Source of the DNA: Vicugna vicugna
Taxonomy: Eukaryota
DNA: 64,000 nucleotides
Assembly: GCA_013265495.1 (NCBI GenBank)
Contig: MU058451.1
Coordinates: forward strand, 541,023-605,022
Direction: 5' to 3'
The translations under genes and the position numbers were made by a program. The notes under the pieces are model-generated. The model was not told the DNA's origin. It worked only from the letters and a program-made list of their open reading frames with translations, and made no database searches. The stretch's first letter is position 1. Every line of letters starts with the position of its first letter. Shown one piece after another: positions 51,890 to 64,000 of this stretch.

Positions 51890-52781
51890 AATTTACCATC
51901 TTAAAATCATTTTTAAGTGTACAGTTCAATAGTGTTAACTATATTCACTTTGTTGTGCTGCTCTATAACATTTTCATCTTGTAGAACTGCGGTTCTGTTC
52001 CCACTGAATAACAAATCCCCATTCCTGTCTCTCTCTCTCCAGCCTCTGGCAACCACGATTCTATTTTCTATTTCTATGAATTTGGCTACTGTAGATACTT
52101 CAAATAAGTTGAATCATACGTTATTTGTCTTTTTGTGAGTGGCTTATTTCTCTTAGAATAGTGTCCTCAGGGTTCTTCTGTGTTGTAGCATGTGACAGGA
52201 TTTCCTTCTTTTTTTAAAAAAGCTGAGTAATATTCCATTGTATGGATATGCCACATTTTCTCTGTCCATCACTGGGTTGCTTCTACCTCTTGGCTGTTAT
52301 GAATAATGCTGTAATGAACATGGGTTTGCAAATCTCTCTCCAATATTCTGCTTTCAATTCTTTGGGATATACACTCAGAAGTGGGATTGCTAGATCATAT
52401 AGTTATCCTATTTTTAATCTTTTGAGGAACCACCATACTGTTCTCTGTAGTGTCTGCATCATTTTACAGTTCCACCAACAGTGTATTAAAATTCTCATTT
52501 TCCACTCCTCACCAACACTTGTTAATTAATTAATTAATTAATTTAGGATAGCAACTATCCTAATGGGTATGAGGTGATATCTCACTATAGTTTTGATTTG
52601 CATTTCTTTAATTATTAGTGATGTTGAGGAACTTTTCATGTACCTGTTAGCCATTTGTATATCTTCCTTGGGGAAATGTCTGTATTTGATAAGGTGTTAA
52701 TATCCAGAATATAGAAATAACTACAACTCAATAGCAAAAATACCCAAATAACCTGATTAAAAAGTGGAGTAAGGATTTGAA
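51890..52781 (-). mobile_element. L1 3' fragment with 5' inversion
   Basis: Minus-strand L1 at 51890-52682 joined to a plus-strand L1 piece at 52683-52781. Confidence 0.8.
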
Positions 52782-53729
52782 GTAACCAAATCATATTTAA
52801 ACAGTTTTCTGCATTATTCTTTCTAGTAAGAAGTAAATTTTGATCCTAGGAGTAATAGGTAGGACAGTTGGGTTAGGTTAAACTCCTGGAAATAATGAAG
52901 CTTTTCTATCAAACTCTCTTTTCTTTTTCGTTCTTTACTTTTTCTTTTCCTTGGGTCAGCTCTTAATGAATGTGTCCTCAAACAATAGCCTTCTCTATTA
53001 CAAAGAGAAAAAAATTGCCATTCCTACATTTAGTCTTATAACTTAATATAAAATTGCTGTCTAGCTGTTGGGAAGAACGGTGAACTTACTGGATACGACA
53101 CATTTCAACTACTAGAAAACAATAAGTAAATGTTAAGTGCTAATTCTCTGTCTAGCACTCTGTTAGGTACTGTTTTGGATACAAAACAAGTGTAGAATAA
53201 AATTACGTTTCTTGAGAGAGTAACATACTGAAGCGTTTACAGAAACTGACAAACTATTTTTCAGAATGTTTACTATTTGCGATTTTCACTTAATAGTAAC
53301 TTAAACAAATCTCAAGTAATAGAAGTGGCTATATTTGTATGCTTACAAGGAGTATATATAAAAACGCAGTAAGATGTCGCTTGCACTACTCTTTAAGAAA
53401 GTTAGGCAACGTGAAAGAACCTTTTACTCTTGATGGAGCTAGGGAATCTACAGTTTACTTTGGGAACATGATCCTTGTATGTGTGAACCCCACTTATTGC
53501 ATTTCTCCCTTTCTGTGGATGTTTGGTGTATTTATATATATGTATATTTGAGAGAGTGAAGATGAGAAAAGAGCTTAAACTCACTTAGCAGTTCTTGAAT
53601 CAGTACCTTTGAATCATAAAGGACCAAAAGCCTTTGAGTCATAAAATGAAAGTGCTTGTCATTCCTTCCTCAAGATTTAAATGCCTCTGTGTTACTTCCC
53701 TTCAGCCAAGGGAAATTCTTATAACATCA

Positions 53730-55130
53730 TCTGTAGGTTAGGTTTGTTGATGATGAATTTCTTTTCTTTTTCTTTATCTGAATATATCTTTATTTCTGCT
53801 TTATTCTTACAGGATATATAGGATATAGAGTTCTGGATTGACAGTTTTTTTTTTAAAGCATCTTAAAGATTATTCCACTAATTTCTGGCCTCCATTGTTT
53901 CTGATGACAAATTAGTGATAATTCAAATCATTGCCCCCCTATTTTATAATATGTTGCTTTTCTCTGGCTATTTTGAGATTTTACCTTTAGTTTTTGGTTT
54001 GCAATAGTTTGACTACTGTATTTATGGGTATAGCTTTTCTTTGTAGTTATCCTACTTGGGGTTCTCTGAGTATCTTAAAGCTATAAATTTCACCATATTT
54101 AAAGTTCCTGGCCATTATTCTTCATATTCTCTTTCTATCACATTCTCTCTCTTCTTGGACTTCACTAACACATATGTTAGACCTGTTGATATTATTCCAC
54201 AGACCATGAAGGCTCTGTTCGTTCTTTTCCAGCTTATTTTCTCTGTCCTTTATATTAAATTTGTCTTTAAGTTCACTGACTTTTATTTTATCTTCAGTCT
54301 GTCAAGTTCATCCAATGAATTTTTTAAAAAGAATTCAGATTTTTTTTTATGTTTTTGAATTTTCATTTGGTTCTTTTTTATGGCTTTTATTTCTTTGCTA
54401 AATTTTTATATCTTTATTCATTATGAGCATATTTTCCTTTTTATCCTTGATAATAATTATAATTGATGCTTTAAAATCCTTGTCTGTTATTTCCAGTATC
54501 TGCATCATCTCAGGATTGGTCTCCATTGATCACCTTTTCTCTTCAGTATGGGTTGCATTTTCCTGCTTTCCTTATATGTCCTCTAATTTTGAATTGTGTC
54601 CTGGATGTTATGAGTGATGCACTTTAGATCCTCTTGATTCTGATTGTTATTTATAGGATTTTTTTTTTTTAGCAAGCAGTTAGCTTGAACTTTAAACTCT
54701 GAACTTTAAACAATTTTTATTTGTTTAGCCTTCAGTGTACTGCTTGGAGTCTGCCCCTCATGTGTGCAGAGTTCAGAGTCAGTCAGAGACTTGGGAAGAA
54801 TTAATATCTGCAATGAGGTTTACTCTATGTTGGCTCGTTCCTTTCTATAATTTTCAGTATCACTTTTCAGCTAACGTGGTCACTCCATACGCTGTCCTCT
54901 GGGACTTTAAACTGCTAGGACTGCAGATTTTCTACTTGGGTTTGTGTACTCAGTGTGTTGACTGTGGTCTGTCTTCACTTAGTACCAGTTCTTCTCCTTA
55001 ATGTTAACCTCTTTCCAGTATCTGCCTACTTTTCTTGCTCTCAAGTGCTTTCACTTTTTTTTCCATATTTTGTCCAGAGTTTATAGTATTTTTTTTTGTG
55101 AGAGTGTTTAAGCAGTAAGAGCTCTACCCA
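53730..55130 (-). mobile_element. Old L1 5'/ORF1 relic
   Basis: T-rich degenerate reverse-strand ORF1-like sequence; boundaries approximate. Confidence 0.55.
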
Positions 55131-56071
55131 TCTTTTTTTATTAACCAGTAATATTTTCAGCAGTCTTTCTGTAATATTTGCATTTGTTCTGTGATATTTG
55201 CTTAAATATGGTGTGTAAATTTCTTTTATTTAACATTTAAACTTCTCTTAACCCTTACTTTCTTGGCCCTCACAAAAAAGGGCAATATAGATATTATTAT
55301 TATTATCATCATCATCCTCATCATCATCACTACCCTTTAGCTGGGAAAATCAAGCCTCACAGAATTTAAGTAACTCACCAAAGCTCACACAGATCAAATC
55401 TCATACTTTTGACCTCAAGTCCTGTTTGCTTTCTGTGGGACCATGCTGTTTTTTTTATCTGATAAGTAGATGAACTAACCATTGGCAACCTAGAGCTGAT
55501 ACTAACTTATACATGATTTACAAATTATTAGTAAATTACTTATTTGCCCACAATACAATTTTAAAAAGTTTGGCCCAAATATTTTGGCCTTAATTCAGGG
55601 TGGAGCTGAGGTTGTATCACTGATAGTTTCAATAATTCAACTAACAATATATGTATTGGAAAGTAGCAATTTATGTAATGGAGAAAACGGGTAGAAAATA
55701 ATATACATCTGCTAAAGAACTTGAATATTAAATGCCCCACAGAAACCTGGATTGAATATTCAATCCATTCAACAAACATTTTCCCCTTGATTTTATAACC
55801 AAGAAGCAAACAAGTGGATCCGGGTCAGATGTTTTGGCTAGTTAACAAGCTCTTAAAATGAACTTTTGCTATCTAGTGAATTTATTCTTATTCATTTTAT
55901 CCTGTTATTTTCTGTACCATCCAGTCATGGATTTGTAACACTTTAGAATCTCCCCAACTAAATGTTAGCTTTTTCTAGATTATTCTGCGCATATAAGAGG
56001 CCTTTGAACATTTAGAAAAAACATTGGAATAATTATGATCAAGACTCTCATTAAAGAACACTCATAAGCAC

Positions 56072-56568
56072 TGTCCTAGTCAAGGTTCTCCAGAGAAACA
56101 AAACCAATAGGATAGATACAGATACACGTAAGAGGAGATTGATCGTGAGAATTGACTCACGTGGTTATGGAGGTGGAAAAGTCTGCAGGCTGGAGAACCA
56201 TGAAAGCCTGTGTGCTATTCTGTCCAAGTCTGAAGGCCTAAGAATTGTGGGGCTAAAGTTGTAAGTACTGATCTGAGTCTGAAAGCTTGAAAACCAGAAG
56301 CGCCAATGTCTGAGGACAAGATGGATGTCTTAGCTCAAGCAGAGAAAGCGAATTTGCCCTTCTTCTGCCTTTTTGTTCTGTTTAGGCCCTCAATAGATTG
56401 GATGATACCCGCTCACACTGCGGAGGGCGTTTGCTTTACTCAGTTCATCAAATCAAACGTTATTCTCTTTGAGAAGCACCCTCACAGACACACCCAGAAC
56501 CAATGTTTTACCAGCTATCCTGGCATCCCTTAGTCCAGTCAAGTTAATACAGAAAATTAATTATCACA
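56072..56568 (-). mobile_element. ERVL LTR (MLT2-type)
   Basis: tgtcctagtcaaggttctccagagaaaca ... agtcaagttaatacagaaaattaattatcaca. Confidence 0.8.
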
Positions 56569-56621
56569 TGTACCTGTACACTTTCACATTTGCTTCAAAG
56601 ACAAATAGAATGCTTCCCTTG

Positions 56622-56810
56622 GACTAGTAGTTCTCAAATATTAGTGTGCATTGGAATCACCTAGAGGGTCCATTAAAACAGTTTGCTGGGCACCGTCCAT
56701 TGAGTTTCTTTTCAGTAGGTCTTATGTGGGGCTTGAAATCTGTATGTCTAAGAAGTTCCTGGATGTTGTTAAGTTGTTGGCCTGCCCACCTGGCTTTGAG
56801 AACAGCTGAC
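56622..56810. mobile_element. MER5A-like hAT-Charlie MITE
   Basis: tagtagttctcaaa...tgcattggaatcacctagagg...ctttgagaacagctg. Similar fragments at about 560-700 and 950-1100. Confidence 0.65.
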
Positions 56811-56850
56811 TTTTGAAGGCTGATATCGCTGTTAATAACTAGTTACAAAA

Positions 56851-56869
56851 TAGCCACCAGAGGGCAGTG
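56851..56869 (+). promoter_or_regulatory. CTCF motif TAGCCACCAGAGGGCAGTG
   Basis: Matches core CCASYAGRKGGCRS; lies in apparently unique sequence about 5 kb 3' of the XKR9 stop. Confidence 0.65.
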
Positions 56870-57683
56870 GAACCACAGACAAATTGGATGTGCTGCTTAA
56901 TAGTTTCCCTGGTTTTGTGCTATCAGCCACAGTATTGCCGCAAGCTGTAAGAATACCGAAGCCAAACGTGAATTTCCTGTACAGTATCTTGAAGTTCATT
57001 CTCAATCGTAATATAAATCAAATCTTGTCTTTATGACTGGGGGGATCATAGAGGTATAATGCAACTCTAACTCTGGCTGATGCCCCTTCCATGATCATAA
57101 TAAACTAAAAATTGGACTTTTCTAAGTGGACATTTGCATATACCTAGTAGTCTTTGGGGGTGAACATGAACAATTTGTATTTTCCCAAAGAAGCTACATA
57201 GGTTTAGTTTGTTATGGAGATAATTCTACATGTAAGTGGTATTTATTGTTTTAAGACATGCACCTTTTATTTCATGAAAAAGTGAGATCTAAGTACTTTT
57301 TAAAAATATTAAACTTAGTATACACTAAACTTCAGTTCACGGATCTGAGGGCTGTCTATGGGTTCAGCACTGTGGTAGGATAAGTTTTAGTAAATACCTG
57401 TTTCTTAATTGATCACCACTTCAGAGAGAGTTTTGTGTTTTTTGGTGGTCTGTGAATGAAAAGCACTTTTTAAAAAATTGTGGGACAATTACTGGGTAAT
57501 CTATTTATTCTTTTTTTTAAAAACAGCTTTATTGAGGTATAAGTCACATACAACTCGTCTATTTAAACTGTACAACTCAGTGTTTTATAGTGTATTCTCA
57601 GACATGTTCCATCCTTACCATGGTCAATTTTAGAACATTTTCATCACCTCAAAAAGAACTTCAGTACCTTTATCTATCACTTC

Positions 57684-58061
57684 TGTGATGGTTAATTTGT
57701 GTGTAGATTTGGCTGGGCCACAGTGCCTTGATATACAGTCAAACAGTATTTTGGATGTTTCTATGAAGGTGTTTTTGGATAAGATTAACATTTAAATAGA
57801 TGGAATTTGAATAAAGCAGATTATTTTCCATAACATGAGTGAGCCTTATCCAACCAGCTGAAGGCCTGAATAGAACAAAAGACTGACCTCCCCTAAGCAA
57901 GAGGGAGTTCTGGCCTTCACACTTGAACTACAGCATGAGCTCATCTTGGGCCTCCAGCTTGTTGGCCACCCTGCAGATTTTGAACTTACACTAGCCTCCA
58001 TAATTGCATGAGTCAGTTCCTTAAAATAAATCTCTCTCTCTCTGTGTCTCTCTCTCTCTGT

Positions 58062-58099
<38 letters not shown>

Positions 58100-58138
58100 C
58101 CTATTAATTTTGTTTCTCTGGAGAACACTAACTAATAA
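57684..58138 (+). mobile_element. ERVL LTR (MLT2-type) inserted in an L1 3' UTR
   Basis: tgtgatggttaatttgtgtg...ctctggagaacactaactaata; L1 sequence resumes on both sides. Confidence 0.8.
58031..58098. repeat. (TC)n-(CA)n microsatellite inside MLT2
   Basis: Direct reading. Confidence 0.9.
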
Positions 58139-61100
58139 CCTCTTCCCTCATCCAACCATTACCTCCCCATCTTCCCTTCCACTGCTCCCAGTCCTAGGCA
58201 ACCACTAATCTACTTTGTATCTCTATAGATTTTCCTATTCTGGACTTTCATGTGAATGGAATCATATAGTAATTGGTCTTTTGTGACTGGCTTCTTTCAT
58301 TTAACATAATGTTTTCTGGGTTCATTTATATTGTAACATGTATCAGCACCTCATTTCTTTTTATATATAATAATATTCCATTGTATGAATATACCACATT
58401 TTGTTTATCTGATAGTCCATTAATGGATGTTTGGATTGTTTCCACTATTTGCTATTATGCTTCTATAAACATTTGATACAAGTTTCTGTGTAGACATATG
58501 TTTTCATTTCTCTTGGGTATATACCTAGGAGTGGAATTGCTGGGTCATATAGTAACTCTGTGTTTAATTGTTTGAGGAGCTGCCAGACCGTTTTTCAAAG
58601 CAGATGCACCACTTTACATTCCTGCCACTAGTGTATGAGGGTTCCAGCTCCTTTGCATCTTTGCCAACAATTGTCATTTTTGATACTAGCCACCCTAGTG
58701 GGTAGAAATGGTATCTTATTGTGGTTTTGATTTGTATTCTCCTTTTAACTAATAATGTCAGGCATCCTTTTATATGCTTATTATTGGCCATTTGTATATA
58801 TTTTTTTGGGAAATGTCTATTTAGATTCTTTGCTTATTTTTAAAATTTGGTTATTTTCCTTTTTATTACTGACTTGTGAGGGTTCTTTATATATTCTAGA
58901 TTCAAGTCTCTTATCAAATATATGATTTGAAAATATTTGCTCCTATTCCTTGATGGCCTCTTTTGAAGCACAAAAGTTTTACTTTTTGATGAAGTGCAAT
59001 TTATCAATTTTTTTCTTTTGCTACTCATATTTTTCATGTCATGTCTAAGAATCCTTTGCCAAATCCAAGGTCATGAATATTTGCCCCTATGTTTTCTTCT
59101 AAGAGTTTAATAGTTTTGGTTTGTACGTTTATGTTTTTAATCCATTTTCAGTTAGTTTTTGTGTGTGGTATGAAGTAAGAATTCAAAATGTCATTCCTTT
59201 GCATGTGACTATCCACCTCTCCCGGCACCATTTTTTGAGAAGACTATTCTTTGTCCATTTTCTGGTCTTGGTACCTTTGTTGAAAATCAGTTGGCCAAAG
59301 AGTAATCAGATTATTTCTGGATTCTGAATTCTATTCTATTGATCTGTATGTCTGTCCTTGTGCCAGTACCACACTCTTGTGATTACTATTGCTTTGTAGT
59401 AAGTTTTAAAATTGGAAAGTGTGAGTCTTTCTTGTTATTTCCTCTTTTTCAGGATTGTTTTGACTATTCTGGGTCCTTTGCAATTCCATATGAATTTTAG
59501 AATCAGCTTGTCAATTTCTGCAAAGAAGTCAGGGATTCTGATAGGGATTGTAGATTAGTTTGGTAAGTATTGCCATTTTAACAATGTTAATTAAGTCTTC
59601 CAGTCCTTGAATGTGGGTTGTTTTTCCAATTATTTAGGTCTTTAATTTCTTTCAACAATGTTTTATAGATTTCAGAGTATAAATTTTGTACTTCTTTTTA
59701 TTAAATTTAATCTTAAGTATTTTATTATTTCTGATGCTATTGTGAGTGGAATTGTTTTGTTGATTTCATTTTCAGATTGTTTATTGCCAATGAAAAGCAA
59801 CTGATTTTTGTGCATTGATCTGGTATCATGCAACTTTGTTAAACTCACTTATTAGTTGTAATAGCTTTTTAGTATTACCTTAGGATTTTCTATATACAAG
59901 AGTACAGTACGTCATCTACAAATGTAATTTTACTCCTTCCTTTCAAATTTGGATGCCTATTCTTTTTTGTTTTTAATTCCCTTGGCTAGAACATTCCAGT
60001 ACAATGTTGAATAGAAATCATGAGAGCAGATATCCTTGACTTGCTCCTCATCTTAGGGAGAAAGTTCAGTTTTTCACCATTAATTATGATGTTAGCTGTG
60101 GGTTTTTCATACATACTCTTTATCAGTTTGAAGAAGTTCTCTTTTATGCCTAATTTGTTTAATGTTTTTATCATGAAGGGGTGACATGTTTTTTCAAATT
60201 CTTTTGAGATGATTATGTGGTTGCGATGATTATATGATTTTTGTTTTTTGTTTTACTTATATGATGTATTATATTAACTGATTTCAGATGCTAAACCAAC
60301 CTTGAATCCCTATAATAAATCCCGCTTGGTCATGGATCTTCTTTTTCCTCTCCTTCTGGTACTTCCTTTATCTCTATGTTGGTGTGGCTAATGGTTTCTC
60401 GCAGTTCTCTGAGGTTCTGTTTATTTTTCTTTATTCTTTTTCCTCTCTGTTTTTTCGCTTACATAATCTCTATCAATCTGTCTTCAGGTTTACCAATTCT
60501 TTCTTCTACTAGTTCAAATCTATCATTGATCTCTTCTAGCAATTTTTAAATTTCAGTTATTGCACTTTTAACTCCAAATTTCCATTTGGTTCTTTTAAAA
60601 AATAATTTTTGTCTCTTTACTGATATTCTCTATTTGGTGCAACATTGACAATAGTCTTTCCTTAAGTAAACATGGTTTTTACATGGTATTTTAAACATGA
60701 TTTTCTTTAGTTCTGTGAACATGTTTATAATGATTAGAATGAAGAGTTTTTACACTGAGTCAGACTCTGGTTGCTCTCATAGGATGTTTCTGTTGCCTAC
60801 TTTTATCTTTTTTGAAGTATGGGTCATAATTTCTTGTTTCTTTGCATGCTTCATAATTTTTGTTGGTAATTGGACATTTTAGGTAATGTATTGTAGGAAC
60901 TCTGGGCACTAGTCCCCTCATTCTGGGGCTTATTTACTTATTTATTTGTTTAGTGATTGGCTGGATTATTTTAGTGCAGTCTGCCCTTCCCCTACCCCCT
61001 ACACTCAGTGTTAAGACTCTGATGCTGCTTCTCAGGGAGGCACAGTTTTAGGTTTGCCCACAGTCGCTTTGGGATGACAGCAGCACTGTTCCTGGCCACA

Positions 61101-64000
61101 CTCAGCTGTTAAAACTCTAGTAAGTGTTGGCTGGCTGCTCTGTTTTTCACCAAAATGTCCTAGAGCATAAATTCCTCTACAAATGAATCCAATCAAAATA
61201 TGGCTCTTTGGACAGAATAGTTTCTGAGGTCAGTGTTTGATATGTGTTCTGACCCAGGAGGACTCCTCCCAGCTGTCTTATTTCCCAGTTCTCTCCTGCA
61301 AATTAGCCATCCTACAGTCTAGGCTTTTCCTTCATTAGACACACAAATCTCCTCCCAATTGCCTTTTACCACAACCTCCACTGTTCCTGAGAGTGCTTGT
61401 AAATTAAATTTCTCTAAGCTCTATTGCAAATAAAGTCAGTATCTGTGGGGAGAGATCAGGAACTATCTGTTTTATGACTGCTTCTCCTCCAGGTAAAAAT
61501 CTCTGAGCTATGTTTCTGGAGCTGGGGGTGGGGACAGTGGCAAGCTTCTCTCTGGGTGACAACCCCATAGTAGGAGCCTCAGTTCCACAAGTAGGGACTG
61601 AGTGAAAGTAGGAAGCCCCCACCTCTCGACTATACTTGCCTGGGACTTATCTCCTGTGGCAGACATTTGGGTGCAAGACGAGGAACATTGAAGTCTTGCT
61701 GACTCTTGGGAAGAAAGCCCTGAGAGGGAGCCCTGTGTTCCTGGCTGCAGCGGTCTTGAGTGGAGTGTCTGCCTTGCTATGCTAGGTGTGGGGTGGGGAG
61801 AGGGGTCTTGATTCAAATACCACAATCTCTCACTTTTCTTATAGAAACTTTCTTAGGTTTTCTTGAGTAGATATTTCTTCAGTTGCTATTTACACTTAGG
61901 ACCATTTCCAGAAGCTTTAGTTGCTTGCTTTTTAATAATTCTCACTAGTTTCACGAAGGAGTGAGTCAGTGGAATGCTTCATGCTGACATGCCATTATTC
62001 ACAGCACTGTGTTGTTCTTGACAACTGTCCACTGACCTGACATTATGAAGATTCATACAGCTCAGCCAATAAGAGAATCTCTTGATTCATTGTGGGAGTT
62101 CAGGGCCCTACAGGTATCCATTTAAACATAACCCTTCTTTGTATGGAGCTGCTCAGATAATTTGAATCTGGGATGCTCTACAAGACCCAGTTCCCAGTTC
62201 AGTCCTTTCTAAACATTTTTCTATGACACAATGGTAACATTTTTTTTTGTCTTTCACAGTTAACAGCTGTATTTAGACAGTGTCCTCTTTAAGTCAGTCT
62301 TGATGACATAATTTCTTGGGTTTAATATTAGAGTAGCTCAACAGCTAACATTTTAAGTTGCCACTCACCCTCTTGTTTATACTGTCAGCAATAGCCAAGC
62401 CAGAAGGCTTGGGCAGCGCAGTTGAAGAGTAATAGCAGAGCTCTGCATGTGTGGCCTTACCCTGCTGGCGCTTCACGTGGAGCTGCCAGGCTGGTCTAGA
62501 GGCAAATCTCTGATGTGCTGGCCTGTGTTACTTGTGATTGTTTGGGATGAATTATGTAGAGGTCTGTCTAGCAATTTGTGACAGGCAGAGATCTTTGAGT
62601 TTTTACCACTAAATAGTGATATAAACAAAAGAGGGCAGAAACACTGTTTAACTGTATTGTACAGGAAAACGTACAATTTCTATTTCCATCACAGAATATA
62701 CTCAAATATCTTAAATCATATGTATCATTCTCTCTATAAAGGAGAGAATTGCCTACACAAAAAGCAAAACTGAGTCATTTAAGGGCTTATAACAAGGAAA
62801 GATTTAAAATGGTTAGAGATATAACAAATTAGGCAATATTTGTAAGAGACAGAATTCTTAAGCTTTATTTTATATATGACACTAATCACTCAGATCTGAT
62901 TTTTGTACATCTTTCACTGGGATTAGAAAATCAAATGTCAAGGAAATTTCCCACTCTTGGTTATAATATTGCAAATGCCTTCTTTCATTAAATACTTCAT
63001 TCCCTCCCTTTTCATGATAGGTACATTTGGGCTATATAGGGACTTCCAAATCTTTAGAGTTAAAAGTCTTTCCAGTTTTCAGTTGAAATGGATTTTTTGT
63101 TTTACCAGAATTGTCTTGCCATGGTTTTTTGTTTTTGTTTTTTGTTTTTCTGGTAATGAAGAAGAAGCTCTCATCATGGAATTTTTCATCCAACTCAAGT
63201 TCGTACAGTATTCAGCTGAATGTGCATTACCCCAGGTACAGTAGGCATTTAGTAGGACTCACTTCTTTAGGAAATAACAGCTGTTCAAAAAGGGTGGTGG
63301 GGGGCAAGGAAGGGAAGGAGAGGAAGGAAAAAAAGAAAAGTAATAACTCTTCTAAGGACGTAGTTCAGTCATGGGGTATGCGCAGATGAGTTTTTTTCCC
63401 TTTTTATTGTGAGGAATGTCTGAAAATCATCTGTTTGACAGATCATACATCATTCTTGACCTTGTCATTTTAATCCAACAGTAAATAGAAAACAAATGTT
63501 TTTCTTTCTTGAAGGTATGATTATGACATCTTGCAAAAGCATTTTTAGTAAGTTAAATTAAAGATAATAAGCTATTTTTTACTCTGCTATTGTGTAGAAA
63601 AGAGACAGCATCCTATGGAGTTGTTTTAATTACCCTATCGGTATGCATTGTGACATCTGGTGGCACTGGTGAGCTCACCTGATGGACCACAAAGAACCCT
63701 GATTTATGAACCCATAATTGGGTTTCCAATAAACATTTGTCAAAATAATATATTAGTTCAAACCAAAGCCTTCTTTATTTATTCATATAAAAGAGCACTT
63801 AACTTTCAACAAAGAATTGCCTATCATCAAAAACACTCTGTAAATGAATCAAATTTATGAAGACACGGTTCTAGTGGGTGACTGCTCAAAGACTACAGCT
63901 TATTTTAACTCTTTAGAGGACATAGCGTTCGAATTTGCTTGTTTTCACCATATACCTTCATACTTTTAAGTCCAAATAATGTATATTTTAATATTCACTT

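Larger units (their letters stand above)
57512..61990 (-). mobile_element. Long old L1 (3' UTR, ORF2 part, then 5' region)
   Basis: ORF2-like peptide [36 protein letters not shown] (59986-60174); many stops and frameshifts. Confidence 0.8.

Noticed and set aside
56072..58138. Two MLT2 LTRs as the ends of one provirus
   Set aside because: They are in opposite orientations with different internal sequence, and the second is nested in an L1: independent solo LTRs.
58564..60174. ORFs resembling reverse transcriptase / L1 ORF2
   Set aside because: Fragments of a decayed L1 with many stops and frameshifts; not a functional gene.

Overview
Mammalian genomic DNA, probably camelid: six copies of a tRNA-derived SINE resemble the camelid Vic-1 family. 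It holds two head-to-head protein-coding genes sharing a CpG-island promoter at about 33.0-33.7 kb. LACTB2 (minus strand) has 7 coding exons from 33283 down to 9119; all introns are GT-AG and the exons splice to 867 nt = 288 aa + stop, with an intact HxHxDH metallo-beta-lactamase motif. XKR9 (plus strand) has 3 coding exons from 39144 to 51399, 1122 nt = 373 aa + stop, with a C-terminal DEID/G caspase-type site, plus a likely non-coding exon at 35089-35169. The rest is intronic or intergenic and rich in transposons (L1, L2, MIR, MaLR/ERVL/ERV1 LTRs, Tigger-family and hAT elements); family names come from recognition, not a database search. I found no convincing undescribed biological system. 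Best leads: a triplicated GC-box + CLEAR/E-box module in the shared promoter, a candidate LACTB2 poison exon, ancient repeats with patches of apparent AT-to-GC drift, a sense solo LTR nested at an L1 junction, an L1 3' transduction, a twin-priming inversion, XKR9 uORFs and a strong CTCF motif.
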